This document shows positions 1 through 13,289 of a stretch of 64,000 nucleotides of DNA, piece after piece (positions within the stretch are counted from its first letter, which is position 1; the number at the start of each line of letters is the position of its first letter). Source of the stretch: Isurus oxyrinchus (taxonomy: Eukaryota). The notes under the pieces are model-generated. The model ran no database searches, was not told the origin of the DNA, and saw nothing but the letters and a program-made list of their open reading frames with translations. Made by a program: the position numbers and the translations under genes. The stretch lies in contig JANJGN010000018.1 in assembly GCA_026770705.1 (NCBI GenBank), forward strand, positions 1,922,001-1,986,000. Reading direction: 5' to 3'.

Positions 1-980
1 CTTCGTCACTTTCCATTTGTTGGTTACACACCATTGACTGTGCGTTAAAATTGGTTTGGGTTTTTATTTTAACCAGGAGGATCTACTAGCATATCTATAT
101 TCCCTGTTTTACGTGTTATAGATAATCTCACATTGATTCCGGCATTTCTGCTGAGGAAAATCAGTTACTGTGGCATCTGCATCGGTTCATTCACTAGTGC
201 GTGCCGTCCTGAAAAGGATCCTCAACTCATTGAGTTAATTTACATTCCAGAATTTGATATGCTTCATTCTAACAGCGACAGTCTCCGCTCTTTGTACACT
301 GACTTTAAATTACCAGGTTAGAATTGGATGACCAGTCGGCTGTTTCTGTACAAGAGGTGCAGAGTTCAAGATAAAGCAAACTGATGGGAGTGATCACTTT
401 CGACATTTTGTCACCCGAGCCTCAGTTTCAGTTGGAAATCAATTATTCAGCTGTAAAACATGTTAGCCCAATTTACGGTCTCCAAAAGCAATGGGTAAAT
501 TGGGCATTTTGATTTTGCTGGATTTAAAATTAAACACATGTGCAAAGTGTCTACTAGCTCACAATTCAAAACAATTAAACTGACTATTTCATGATTCAGT
601 TCCACAATCCGAATTAATCACGAAGTTAAGGAAATATATTCCAATTTTTGACAAAGCATTTTTTTCATTACTGGATATGTGAAAATAATTGCTGGAGCAA
701 AACATAATGCATGCCTCCAGCAGTTCTTGATTTAGAAGAAATGTTGCTCAAAGCAATTACAATGTATATCGATGGTATGTTAACCTCATCCACCCTCAGC
801 GCTCGATAACATGGTGGCCTGCATGTTCCTAGGTCACTTTACATTTGTTGGTTTCACACCATTGACTGTCCGTTAACGTTTTCCAAAATGGGTTTCGGTT
901 TTTATTTTAACCCGGAGGATATTCTGGTATCTCTGTATTCCATATCTAAAATGTTATAGAACATCTCACATTGATTCCCG
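1..980 (+). repeat. Local direct duplication of intronic block (1-145 ~ 834-980)
   Basis: gtcactttccatttgttggttacacaccattgactgt...ttttattttaacc.ggaggat...tctcacattgattcc occurs at both places, each directly upstream of an SRCR-like exon remnant. Confidence 0.9.
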
Positions 981-3900
981 CAATCAGTTGGATTTCTGCA
1001 ACCCATTGCGTGATTTCTGCAATCCCTGTACAAGCTTGTGCCTACATAGTATATGTAAATCAGGAGTTGGTTGGAATAGTCTGTAATTCCCTTGGTACTG
1101 GAAGTCGCAATATTATTCAAGAAGCTGCACACCAGCTGGGTCATAGCAACCCCCTTGATCGGAAGTCCAGTCATCTCCTCAATAGGTACCACATGTTCAA
1201 GATGCACAAGATAGAAATGTGTCCTAAAACCTAATACAAAGCGACATAAAGGGAAACCAGACTGCGAGATCATAACGGATATCTCAATAACTACAACAAG
1301 ATCCTATGTAAAGAAAAATATATGATTCATGCGGAAAAGGCTGACAAACATTCATGTTCAGAAATAATAACCGTATAAATGTCTGCCTTATGAAAATGAT
1401 TTTAATTTTAAAGTATGTCACCCCCCCAAAAAAAAAACGAATAATCAAGCATGTTCACAGGTTGATCCCTGGGTAAATGTGTGATCTTATGCTCTCCTCA
1501 GCTTTCAGCGTGCAATTAATACTCATTATAACCATAATTATTGTATCACAACCAACATTGATCTATCACAATTTACAATTTATCTATGCAAAATTAACAT
1601 TCATAATTCCAAAGTTGAAAACACTACTTGAAATTATTCAGCTCATTACAACAAACAGCAGTCAAAAAGCTCTGCCACAGATAAACATCTGTTTGAAAAA
1701 TATGTGCACGTGTTCCGTTGGCAGGAACTGCAACTTTAACAGGGTTTGTACAGTCAGTGATTGACCTTACATCCCAGAATCTTATAGATGCTTTTCTAAG
1801 AGTAAATGAGCTCTGCTTCTAGCACACTGTGTTTAAAATCAGTTGCAATCGACTCTGCTTTGCTTTTGCAAAAGCAGCAAGGGAGATATTAAAACTAACT
1901 GTCTCGTTAGTGGAGATAGATTCTGGATAAACTCGAAATTTGATATGCATTTAGTCGCACATTCCAAGTTTTTCTTAAGCAGATGGAAGTTACTATTTAG
2001 ATGGCGCAGTTATTAATAGCATTGGATAAATTAATTTCACAGCTTGATGTCGAATGAACGGAAACTAAAGCAGTCCGTAATATGCATTCAATGAACGTTC
2101 TACAAGTTAAAGAAACACTTTCAAATCTCGTTCCAGCTAAACCAATTGAACAAATTAGGCCCGCCTGTGAGGAATTGAAACTGATCAGCGCTTGGTATTT
2201 GAAAACGATTCGGGATAACATTAATGTAATCTTCGGTCTCCTTTCTGCACTGGCAAAAAAAGTTCGTTAAATTAGCGACATAAATAGGATTTTAGAATTT
2301 AAACTTTTTGTCTCTATATTTTTTAAAAGTTAAAGTAAACACCGATGGAAATCTATTCCGGTAAATGCAAAATGAATCTCATAACAGTTCTCAAATTAAT
2401 TCCCTTTCATTAAACCAGAATTTATTTTTGCACCTTCGATTGATAAAGCACCAAAAAAAATCCTCGCCTCGTTGCAAAGTAATTGAAAAAATAAAAATAA
2501 TTATTCCCGAGATCCCCTTCACTCTACTTAAAAGTTATCGGGAACGTGGAAGGAGGAGGGAAAAAAATGATAATTTCCTGACTCTGTACATATAAAAAGT
2601 ATGAAGTCGAAACACGAACCAGTTTTGAAAAAAAATAAATGCTAAAAAAAACTCAGAGCAACGACGTAAATATAAGAACAATTTTTGCTGTGCAACTGCT
2701 TGGGGATTACAGTTAACACCTTTATTCATGATGAAAGCTAATTCAAGCAATATGGATGCTGAAAATGATTAATATTTTATTATACTCTATTCAAAAATCA
2801 TGTCCAAAACGCAAATGTTGAAAAAATCATTTCCATCCTTCTTAATCTAATTCATCAAGAACTTAAGGGAAAAAAATGCGGTTTTCGACAAAGCATTTTC
2901 TTCAGTCCGGCATATCTGAAAATAATTGCTGGAGCAATATCTAATACGTGCCTCCAGCATTTCTTTGATTTGGAAGACATGTTTCTCAAAGCAATTACAA
3001 TATCTGGTGTTTAGTGTCAGTCATTTAATTTTTTAAAAATGGTTACTTATTTAGAGAACCATATGCCTTTTACCGTGTACCTGACAAGAGTGCAGCAAGA
3101 TTTCCATTTCAGTAAACGAGCATTTGTTGTTGCTATTTGGAGATTTATAATTGTAACCGAAGAGACACGCTGGAATCAGCAGAAGAGCTGAACCAAGGCA
3201 TCGACATAAAAGTGAACAAAAATATCAGGCCGTTGGAAGAAAATAAAGGCACAAGACTCGATATTCCATTAGACACCACATGGGACCGTGAAAAGCAATG
3301 AGAATACGGAATAAATTTGAGCCAATTTACCCATGACATAACCCTTAAAAGTAAACAAATAAATGCGAATTTTAACCTTCATAGCAAGTGGTCATATCTT
3401 GGAAGGATGTATCAACAAATTAAGCAAGAATATTGATAAATGCTATTTCCTATCAGTTAAAGAAGTTGCAGTAACAATACATTTGGGGAATGTGCTTAAT
3501 CATCAAAACAAAACATTATCATATTAATTGTGCGCTTTATTCTTATTTCAAAAAGCACTATTTATCGAACTTGCAAATCACTGTCAGGCTGAATCAACTG
3601 CTATGGATGCTTTAGTGCTTGCCCCTATATCACACGCACTTCAGACGGGACGTCGACTGAGAAATACCCCTAACATTAATATGTGTGGTGGCTCCCACGT
3701 TAGGAGGTGCAGTGTGATACTCAGTAAATTAACGTAAACCAAAACTCTGCTCCCTTTTATTGTAACTGTGACGGCTCTGTACGTCGTACCATCTCAGCTG
3801 AAATTGTCTGATCGGAGTATAAATTTTCATGAGCTGTGCGTGAGGAAAGACGCAGGGGACTAAATAAAAGCATCTGCTGTGTTATTTATGTTCTACTTCG

Positions 3901-5010
3901 GATTTAAATCAGCCTGAGGTAAATACCAAATTGGCACTTGAAACAACCGCCAATCAGGTGTAACTGCTTTCAGATACGATACAAAATAATCGATTCTGAA
4001 ATCACTTGAACTGCTTAATATATTCTTTAGATGAAATGTCAGCAATAAACTCGACAACTTCAATCTTCAATTCATACGATCATAATGAAGGGCAGAAATA
4101 AATGTATATCGTCATTTTTCCACAAATAAAGCCCATAGAGGAATACTATTTCTGGGGAAATCCAGCTGCTTTTCATTTGTGCCTAGTTCACCGTTTCGAA
4201 AGTATTGAACTCCGAACTAGGCAGGCTGTTAAGGGACCTGGGGTGAACGCCGATAGAGAACAGGGACCTATGTACGCGGGTAAAGCCAGAGCACTTTGCG
4301 ACACAAAATTACGGCCTTCGGCTAAATGGGCCTTCTCGGGTCGAAAAATCGGACACCACCTCGTCCCACTTTCCAGTTTTGGCCCCTAGGTTTTGCGCTA
4401 CCATAAATTAAATGCGCAACCGAGCATGTTTTAAATGTAATGAGGGTTTCTGCATTCACCGGCATGTTACTTAGCGAGCTTCCTTCGGTCGACGTATTAT
4501 TATACATCACTATCCCATCCCACAACAGGCAAAAGTGTTAATGTTGAAACAAAAATCTAAAAATTGCCTTCCATTACATCTCAATACTTTCAGCAATAAA
4601 TAACAATATGTCTATTGATAAGATTCATTGTTTAATAATAATGGAAGCCTCAAGGTACTACATAATAACATCAATTTTGTAGTCACTCACAGTTCAGAAC
4701 TTGCAGTGCAGTTAGAGTCAGAAAGGACCGCAGCATTGTCCCGCCACTGGGTTTCTGCGATGGGAATTGAGAATTAACCGAATGTTATGCACAGCTGCCA
4801 GGGTCTCCTTCGAGCATCTTCTGAAAACCCGACTGAGGCGTCAATTCAGAATTTGAAAACGTATGTAGAGGTTTGATTCTTCCTTCCAAACAAGCGGTAG
4901 ATGTTATCATGTGAGAGCTCTATGTTGCTGCCTGGTAACACACCAATGAGAATGAACCTGCCCATTAATGGACAAAACGAGCCGAGGCCCCATCCACCGC
5001 CTTTTCCTGT
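150..5010 (+). pseudogene. SRCR receptor pseudogene G1 (CD163/WC1/DMBT1-like), about 9 decayed SRCR exons plus TM/tail remnants; probably begins left of the window
   Basis: Frameshifted SRCR-like translations at ~150-460 (EVQSS..AN*WE*SLST ~ EVQCSGNES.LWEC), ~985-1300 (YVNQELVGIVCN..HQLGH ~ YYNGTWGTVCD..RQLGC), ~1680-1960 (NLIDA..ELCF), ~1960-2270 (GIETDQRL..G*H*CN), ~2500-2760 (ATAWG), ~3090-3390 (LEIYN), ~3430-3690 (NNTFGEC), ~3795-4030 (QLKLSD), ~4100-4390 (YYFWG..AVKGPG..GPM). Tail-like pieces at ~4790-4895 (GSPSS..EFENV) and ~4920-5010 (LLPGN). Many stops and most cysteines lost. Confidence 0.6.
600..3000 (+). repeat. Second local direct duplication (600-760 ~ 2835-3000)
   Basis: gacaaagcatttt...gaaaataattgctggagcaa...tgcctccagca...ctcaaagcaattacaat present in both blocks, each downstream of an SRCR-like exon remnant. 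Confidence 0.9.
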
Positions 5011-5069
5011 GAGGAAGGAAAGGAAATGAGTCACCGACACTATATCAGCTCATTGAATCTTTGAAACTT

Positions 5070-5365
5070 ACAGCAGGAACATACAAAGCAGTCGGCTCTT
5101 ACACCTGCTGTATCACAAGTGCTGTTTTTTTTTTCCTACATACATTTGTAAATGAGACCTCTTAAAGCACATGTCCAATTGCCTTTTCAAGAATCCTGTG
5201 CGATATGATTACACCATCACGTCCAATGGTACATTCCCGTTCTTAGCAAGCCGCTGTGTGAATAAGTTTCAGTTCAGTAACAATGTTCACAATTTGTTTA
5301 CGTTTATAACATCTAGGTAATGACACATAAGCCAGTTGGAATACTTTTTCCTATTCGCCCTGAGA
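5070..5365 (-). mobile_element. CR1-type LINE 3' end fragment, decayed
   Basis: Resembles the reverse-complement CR1 3' ends seen at 29625, 42870 and 59780. Confidence 0.5.
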
Positions 5366-5899
5366 TATATCTCTTTGTGTGTGTGTCTGTGTCTGTGTGG
5401 GTGTGGGTGTCTTTGTTTTCGTTTGTGTTTCTCTCTATCTGCTTTGTTCGGGGCTCATTCTCTCTAACTCAGTCTTCGTCTTTCTAACCACCTGTCTCTC
5501 TGGCTGTCCCTCCATCTCTTTGCTCCAATTAGAGGATTTTCCCGAACAGTACAAAGAACGGGAGGAAAAAAGAGAGGCTCTTGATGTGAAATGCAAACAA
5601 AACAAAAGATGGAATGTACAGCGGATGGTGCATCTCCTCTGGAAAGAAGCGGTTAACGTTCACGTCGAGAAGACCTGTCTTTTAAAACGGTTCTTATCCA
5701 AATGGAAGGTGATTTCCACCTGAATCGTTAATTATATTCGTAACTGATGGCGTTGGGATGAGATAGAAAATCCATTTGAAATTCAACAGGCATTGTAAGA
5801 AAAAAATGATTTTTCAATCAGTTAGAAGTCAGGTATAAAACTGTGAAGAATATGCCTTCAGGCTGTAATACAGAATGCAACGAACAACGTCACTTTAAT

Positions 5900-6600
5900 T
5901 GAAAAATTATTGTCTTCATCATTCTAAACATCATAATCAACGTGGGCAACTCAGTAGCCTCATGAGAGCTACGCGGTTATGTTTGAAAGCTGTGAGGTTT
6001 TAATTTTTGAACGTACTGTGATGCAATTTCTGATTAAAATCTGTGTTTGAGCTGGGGACCGTGTGGTTTACACCTTTCAATGTCAGGCAGACTGCAGCGC
6101 CTTGAACTGTAAGTTCATAAACTTATTAGACGTATTAAACAATTAAAATAATTATATTAATGCTGGTACATTTTCTCGAGGGGCCTTTTCACCATAGGAA
6201 ACGGATAGGCACAATCAACGCAACTATCTATTTACAATCTCTCTTTTCTAAGTTCCAAGGCCGAAGGACCCAATTTAAAAGCTTCGCAGATAAATAACTT
6301 TCCTTATATTGATGACCCTGTGGTTTTGCACTGGACTTTTTTGTGGCTGCTATTAATTATTTCAGTGGGTTGTCTGCAGTCCCATTACGAGTTAAATTTT
6401 TCAAATTTGTGGAGGAGAATTTGACGGCATTTCCATATAAAATGATAGTCAATACATTTAAAATTGAAGCAGCTAAACATAGCGATTTAGCTAACTATTG
6501 AGATTAAAGTAAACTGAAATCAAATTAACGTCTGCATCTCATATGACTTCTAATTTATTGGTGCGCATTGTTGTCACACTTTGAAAAATCCTTCATTTAA
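5900..6600 (+). pseudogene. Very decayed GPR139-like exon-2 remnant (copy A)
   Basis: Scattered motifs in the expected order: YAVM..VLIFE (TM2), ADCS (TM3), YIDDP(fs)WFC (ECL2; compare YIIDNVPWFC-type family motif and tatgataatgttccctggca in copy B). Weak. Confidence 0.35.
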
Positions 6601-9550
6601 AGGGCAGTTGTTTGATTACCATTCTCACCAATAACAGATGTGTAGAGAGCACCATTATTACTTGGGCGATTTTCCCAATTTATCCATTCCGAACTATGCC
6701 GGTCCTCAATCATTCTCGATTTGTTGCCGAAATGTACTTGCACTTTCTTCGGGAAATATTGCCAATCCTTTGAACAATTGTGTTGCCATCATTCAGCGCT
6801 AGTCTTGGGCGAAGGAGAGACCACAGGGATATTGGTTGCAATATGAAAAGTGTTTTTTTTTAAGATGACTAATTAGCGCTGAAGATGTTTGTGTGTCATC
6901 TCCAAGCCGCTCGTAGCTGTGCAGAAAAAAAACATAGCACTCACTGTATGATTTTCTGTTGTGCACAACTGACAGGAAACACCTGGCGTTGTGGTGACGT
7001 CTGCAACAGCAACTTCGTCGCTGCTCCCTTAAAATATTTAAATAATGCTTCTGGACATTGAACATATATAGGCCAATGAATCGGGGCTGTTTATCGGGAT
7101 AAGAGCAACTATTCAAGGGAATACCTTGGTAGAATGTCGCCTGCAAATAATCTAATCAGTGCCATTGATGGTTGGTCAGGAAATAAGATCTCGGTAAACT
7201 GATGAGACAGTCTGGCGTGTACTACAAACAAAACGTCGAACTCGGTGGGTTGAACCGACTGTTACCATTGATCAGGCTGTGAAAATCTACAGCCAACATG
7301 TAGGCATTAATCACTGCTCCAACCCAGCCCCAATACCCCACAGCTACCAGCCAGCCTACCCTCAACAACACCCTCCTCAAACTCCTGGCGGCCTGGGATC
7401 CTGCTATAGAAATATGTTTTGGTGTAGCCAAACTCCCCGGAGCAGACCAGGGCATCACTTTACGGTCAGGATTTCGATGAGGGCTAAAAATTTCCTCGGA
7501 TAACGGGTATGCCTGTTTTGTTTGGGTGCTGAATTTTTTGAATAGTTCTGGGCCACTGTGTAATGTATCACTTAAAAAATTATAATCTATTGCTAGATAA
7601 TATGGAAATTGATGAACACTGGCTAATTTCTGAGATGCTTGGTGAGTTTCGGAGCACAGGGTAGCTTTTCGACATTGTAATCCTTTGTTAGGGAGGAGTG
7701 ATTGGATGGATCGTGTTAACTTTGTTAAGTGATGAATTCTAAATCAGTTCCTTGGTGTTCAGTAAAATGAATATTTGGACATTGAGCTGATTGTTGTGGC
7801 AAGTGCGCTTTAAATATTGTATCAGGTGCTTGTATTTTTAACAGGCGTGTGCTTCGAGTCATTTTATGGATGTTGAATCAGCAAGGAATCCTTATCTTTA
7901 CATGGCATTTGAAGTTCTGGGTTAATATAAGTTTTATTTTGCCAACTGTCAATTTCTTCAAAATATATCACTTAGAAAACCAACATGCAAGGTTTAATTT
8001 GTAATGAATGACATGCTTAATCACTGCTTATATACAATGCTTAAGGATTTAATGTTTCACTTCGGATGATGACTGTAATGCCTAAATATGAGAAGGTACC
8101 CTTAATACAGATATCTTCAGAGCACCTTTGCACTGCTGGCTCCTGCAAAGTCAACGACCATTCAGCATCGTTTGCTGATTTGTGTCCACCTGGTGGATTT
8201 TCGGCCAGTTGATTTTGCTGCTTTGATTAATGCCTGGCGTTTACGGATAACCAGTATGTGAATTGTGTTTAAAGTTCAAGGTCGACAATTTCTTCTTTCT
8301 TTATCAGGCGTTAGGAAACATCTGCTCCCCAGCATAACCAGATTCAAAATGTATGTTCAGTACAACAATTTATTTGTTAGTCCCTAATCATCCCGAGCCA
8401 TCATATATGCCAATAAATGCATTAAGCTAACGTTCGAACCATTTTTATTAGTGCCAAATAATCCCGAGGCTTCATTCGAAGGTAACACAATGCTTCTGCC
8501 TAATGTACACAGCCGTTGGAAGTTGGTCCACCCTCATCTCTGGTCTTCCGGCGAAGGCCGTGCAATGACCTTCCTTGTCTTCACACAGTTTTCAGCTGTT
8601 TTTTCAATTGGTAATCGCTGATGTCGGGCATTCATGCGACCAGCTGATTGTTGTGAGTCTGGTTTAATCATGAAGCTGATACAGGTAATGGATTCATATT
8701 AATCCATTGGTTGATTTACTACATTATTGAGAGTTAATTATGAGCGCTAGTTGGATACTTCATGCTACTTGACCATATCATTGTGTCCATATTTCTAATG
8801 AGCTGAATGAGTCATATAATTCTAAATACGTTTTTAATAAAGCTTATTCGCTTTATTGGAATAGTTCAGTTAATCGATAGTGCATTGCATTTCAGGTTTC
8901 TTTTTTTAAAAAAATATCATATGAGTACACGATTAATTACAATGGCAGTTTTAAGGGTAGATATAGTTCAATCAATTTGTCTTTTTGTGTCCCACTGCCA
9001 TTGCCCATAGATTTATGGCGCTCAGTAAGCTACGATTATCAGTTTACGGTTGTTCCGTCAGATTACTGGTACATATTGCATTCTCCCAAGATTGGACTTG
9101 TGTCAGTAGAGCTTGCTATTATCAGTCGTTCTTCATGTTCTAATTCAACAATTCAGAATGTGTATTTATAGACTTTTTTGCATTGCTAGGACGAGAGTGG
9201 CAGTTTTTTGACTGCCTGAAGTTAACGTATTTTATTGGTTGAATGAGGGTTCGATTGTGGGAAGCTTGTACCTTTGGAGGAGTGAGGCAGTTTATGGGTC
9301 GCCAGTTCGTTAAAAGACAGTTGGATACATAATGTCTCAATGCTGGTTTGGAAGTGATCGAACATTTAAATTCAATGGATTATGAGCTAATCACTGAACA
9401 CTGTATCGGCACGGCGACTATTTCTGGCTCTTCAACTAATTTGGGACATGGGTAATCTCTTGTTTTTTTGTTTGTTTTGCAAAAATAGCGTTATTGCTCA
9501 GGATTGAAGACTTTGGGTCCCTTTGGGGGTGATTACTTTTTTTTTTCCAT
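6600..9550 (+). mobile_element. Decayed LTR-retroelement/ERV-like relic (gag, protease, possible env-like region)
   Basis: Frameshifted MHR-like Q-ETP..RLQQQLRR (~6965-7025); Pro/Gln-rich stretch followed by knuckle-like CFWCSQ..PGH (~7300-7460, needs a 1-nt frameshift); protease-like ML-G-E-(fs)GAQGS (~7635-7665); hydrophobic/Cys-containing segment 8950-9450. No RT motif recognised. Confidence 0.4.
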
Positions 9551-9779
9551 TTTTCTGGTTACTTTATCATCACAATGTCATTTTGTAAGACATTATTCCA
9601 GTTTATAGCCGAGTGCCAAAGTAGAGTCACACCGCCAGTTAATTTATCTTTTGTCTTTGCTATGAGCTTGGCACAGAATCACAGAGTTCACCAGCATGTA
9701 GACCGTGTGTTCAGTCATCGACATTTACTCAATGCACAAAAAAGCCAAGTTGACAAAATCATTTTGGTGCGCCTGGTGC

Positions 9780-12200
9780 ACCGACTTTGACCTTGCAGAA
9801 ACTGTGCACCAAAACGCAGACACTTCTTCTTCACCCCATCTGGACCAAAACTACACCAACAAACATCAAACCATAGTTTTCAAGCCTCACACCGATCTTA
9901 ACTCCGAAAGAAAACCTCCCTCCAAACTCTCCAGCCTCATGTTGCCCCATCTCTACAGCCTACTAGTAGCTAATTTATATGAAGCCCCAAAAACGATTGA
10001 TCTATTTAAACCATTTTCTCCACCAGTGCCAACTTCAATGAAATGTTTTCTTCAGATTTGTCTCTATTTTTCTCCCCACTGTGCAAAAAACTCCTACCCA
10101 AATTTGTGTTTATTCAGACGCCCTACATCACCTCAACATTTTCCAGTAACCTGCCCTAATCACGACCCTTCAGTATGTACATTGAATCCCTCTAAACCTC
10201 CCTTCTCAACATTGGTATATTAATGGCTTTCAGTTTCTCCAAGAACAGAGGCCCGAACAGTCCATATCCACCACCGCCCACTTCAGCCTGGATGATCTCG
10301 TTGTCAAATTGAGGAAACAAACATTAACCTGTTTTTATTTTCCTTTCGTAAAATATGAATCACAGTATCAATGAAATGTAAAGGTGCATAAGAACAGCGT
10401 TAGGCCCATTTTATCTACACCGGCTCTATGGGCATTTTAAATATGTGTCAAACTCCTGCCTTTTCCTTCTAACCCTGTGCATTTTTTCCATTTTAATAAC
10501 CACCCATTCATAGTTTAAATGGCTCTATAGAACCTTTGAGAACAATTCCAGGCATAGGGTTAGAAACAGCAACTACTCACTGCGTGAACACCTTTTTTTC
10601 TCTCGTCACATTTGCACTCACATCGGTGCGCTTATGGCTGCCAGCATGGAAACCAGTTACATCTGCCTTTTTTTTGGGGGGGTAGTCATGTTCGACATTC
10701 CTGAATAAAGGCCGACTCAGGCGCAATCTCAGAGTTGTTAATTTTTCTGGAATAGCGAGTGCTGTTTTCATGCCACTTCTCCTGAATATCTGGAAACAAA
10801 TAATTAATCAATTTTGCTTTCAATACATCTCTTTCTCACTTTCACATGATCTGTCTCCGATACCCAAATTCCGTGACTGCACTTTCTCAGTTGCTGGCCA
10901 TAGGCTGTCTACGAACATTTTTTACAAATCCACCAATTTCCACAGTTGCCTCTGTTATAATTCTTCACATACTTCCTTCAGTAAGGATTCTCTCCTATTC
11001 CCAAATCTATTGCCTTCCACATATCTGATGAAATTACGTTTCACATTAACATCCTGAAAAGCCTCCCTTCCTCCCCATCCAAGCAAATCCGACTTTGTTG
11101 CCTCTGAACAGTGTCCGACACATATCCAGCACTTCTACACACATCCTTCCTAATACTAGGACGTTGCTCCCTCGAACACATTCTCCACTCCAGCAGCCTA
11201 CACCACTTCCAAGAATTTTAGCATGATGCCAGCAGCAAACGCATCGCCCCCTCCATAGCATGTAAACATTACAAAGGAACCGCTCTCTCTGTGACACCTT
11301 TGTGCAATCCCCTAACACAAACCACACTTCAATGTTTTTCCAAGGGCAGTCTCACGTTCAACCGAAGGAGATCTAAAAACTGAACATTTACATCCTCCCC
11401 CATTACCTTCAAATCCTCAAGCAATCACCTTAGGTCAAGAAGCGATTTACATGCACTTTTTTGCAATGTATTGTACTGTATTCGCTGCTCACGATGCATT
11501 CTAATCTACATTCGGGAGTCTGAAAGCAGAATTGGTGGTCTTGTGGTCAACAAAATGATCTGTGTCAGGAACGATTCCAATCTTCCTATCACTTCCTATT
11601 TCAATTCATCAACTTGCTCTCAGGCTCAAATCTCTGCCGTCAGCCTGTTGTAATGTTCCAATGAAGGCAATGCAGGCTATTAGAACAACATCGTTCCTTC
11701 CGAATGCCTCTTGTAGTCAGAATTGAATATCAAAACCTAAGGCAATGAAATGTGTTCAAGATTTTGATTTTATTCTTCGCACATGACAATCTGTAATGTT
11801 TTCTCTTGTTGCTTTTAGAGATAACTGGCGCGTTTGTTCTACCATGTTCTGCCATCCTTTTATTTTGCTTCAGGCAATGCTGACATTTATTGTGCTATTG
11901 ATACCTGGTCTAGACTAAAGTATCAATCTTTAGCAATTTGATTGTCATTCCCTTTGACTTGTGTTCCAATGCATCTTTCTAATCTAATCTCTCCTCCCCT
12001 CTATCATATCCCTGACCTCTTAATTTGATCCACTGCCACTTCTTTGTTTTGCAACACCTTTAAGCTCATCGGATTTCCTCCTCTTTCCAGTTCATAAGCA
12101 GTAAGTGTTATCGGACTCAATACCTCTTCCATGTTTTCCTCTGCACAGATGCTTCCAGATGAGCAGATTTTTTTCAGGCATTTTGAATTTTTTATTATAT
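9780..12200 (+). mobile_element. Old Penelope-like element (RT + GIY-YIG remnants, 3' tail) with nested insertions
   Basis: LDQNYTNKHQTIV..PSKLSSL..FSP (PLE RT N-terminus), YCIRCSRCILIYIRES (GIY-YIG, 11471), tail cacagatgcttccaga..ttcaggcattttg (~12140-12195). Confidence 0.8.
10357..10615 (-). mobile_element. CR1 3' end nested in the Penelope element
   Basis: aggcccatttt..ctcctgccttttcc..accctgtgcattttt..actactcactgcgtgaa pattern shared with other CR1 tails in the window. Confidence 0.55.
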
Positions 12201-12789
12201 AACTTACAATTTCGTATCTCCTTCCTTATTTTCTAAGAAGACAGGTTATAGCTTGATCTTAAAATAAGTAACTTAATCAGGTTTTATCTGGGATAACGGT
12301 GGTTGAGGTACATTTTGAAAGATAGTCTGAGAAGTTGTATTGATTGCATGACAGCAGGAGGATGTATGATTGTAGTTCATATGTAACCATCTCTCTGCAA
12401 TAGTGAAGTGATGAAAATCTGAGATGAACAAGGGAGCACCATTTGAGAGATCTCGGGCAGTATTTTGATTTCGAAATCGAACCCAGTATGAAATAAGGCG
12501 AGTTGAAAATATCGGAGAAAGAGGTGCACAAGAAACAGAAAGACAGAATGAGGCGCATAAAGTGGTGTTCATCGCTGTTGTTCAGTCTTGCTGAAGCAGC
12601 CTTGCTCCACAAAGAGAACTTTTCCCCATTCCCGCATACCAGCGCCCTCCTCAGATATCATCCTTTCAGACAAACATCATAAACACAGAGATCTCTCTCC
12701 ACACAGAACTACACCCTGTTGCAGTCTCGCAGAGAAACTGCAGCATGAAGGCATTGTTGAATAATAACATATTACCCACAAATACTAAC

Positions 12790-13240
12790 TAGAAGCAACA
12801 GTAGGCTATTCTTCCACTAGAGACTGCTCTGCCATTCAATAAGATCATGAATTATATTATTAGGCCCTCAACCCCACATTTAAGCTACCCCCGATCAACT
12901 TCGAGTCCCTTTTTAATCAAGTGTGATTCTACATCCGCATTTTAAAAAAAAATGCATTGTGCTGCTGCCACTGCTCTTTGGACAAGAGACGCTCAAAGTT
13001 TCAGAATGATCTGAAAGAAAAAATCTGCTCACCTGCGTTTGAGATGGTTGGAACCTTAGTTTTAAAACCATTAAGTCTAGTTCTAGTCTACCCCATGAGA
13101 TGAATCATCCAATCAGCTGTCACCATGTCAATCTACATCAGGACCTTACATGTGTTAATAAAATTAGCTCTCATTAATCTAAGTGGGATCCTCCACAAGT
13201 CCGACCAAGCATTCCACGTACGATGACTCCCATCCCGCCA
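12790..13240 (-). mobile_element. CR1 LINE 3' fragment
   Basis: agaagcaacagtaggctattc..ctgctctgccattcaataagatcatg matches the CR1 tail at 29625-29710. Confidence 0.75.
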
Positions 13241-13289
13241 TCACCTCAAAATTCAAAGAACATAATCAACGTTAATCACGTGTTTTTAC

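Noticed and set aside
902-1273. 123-aa minus-strand ORF, briefly considered as an MHC/Ig exon
   Set aside because: No Ig or MHC motif pattern; it is antisense to an SRCR remnant.
4846-5040. Minus-strand exon candidate after ttccttcctcacag
   Set aside because: No recognisable product or partner exons; it overlaps plus-strand tail remnants of G1.
7533-7560. RSS-like motif (attttttga-12 nt-cactgtg)
   Set aside because: Poor nonamer, no FGXG J segment or V exon adjacent, and no array of such sites.
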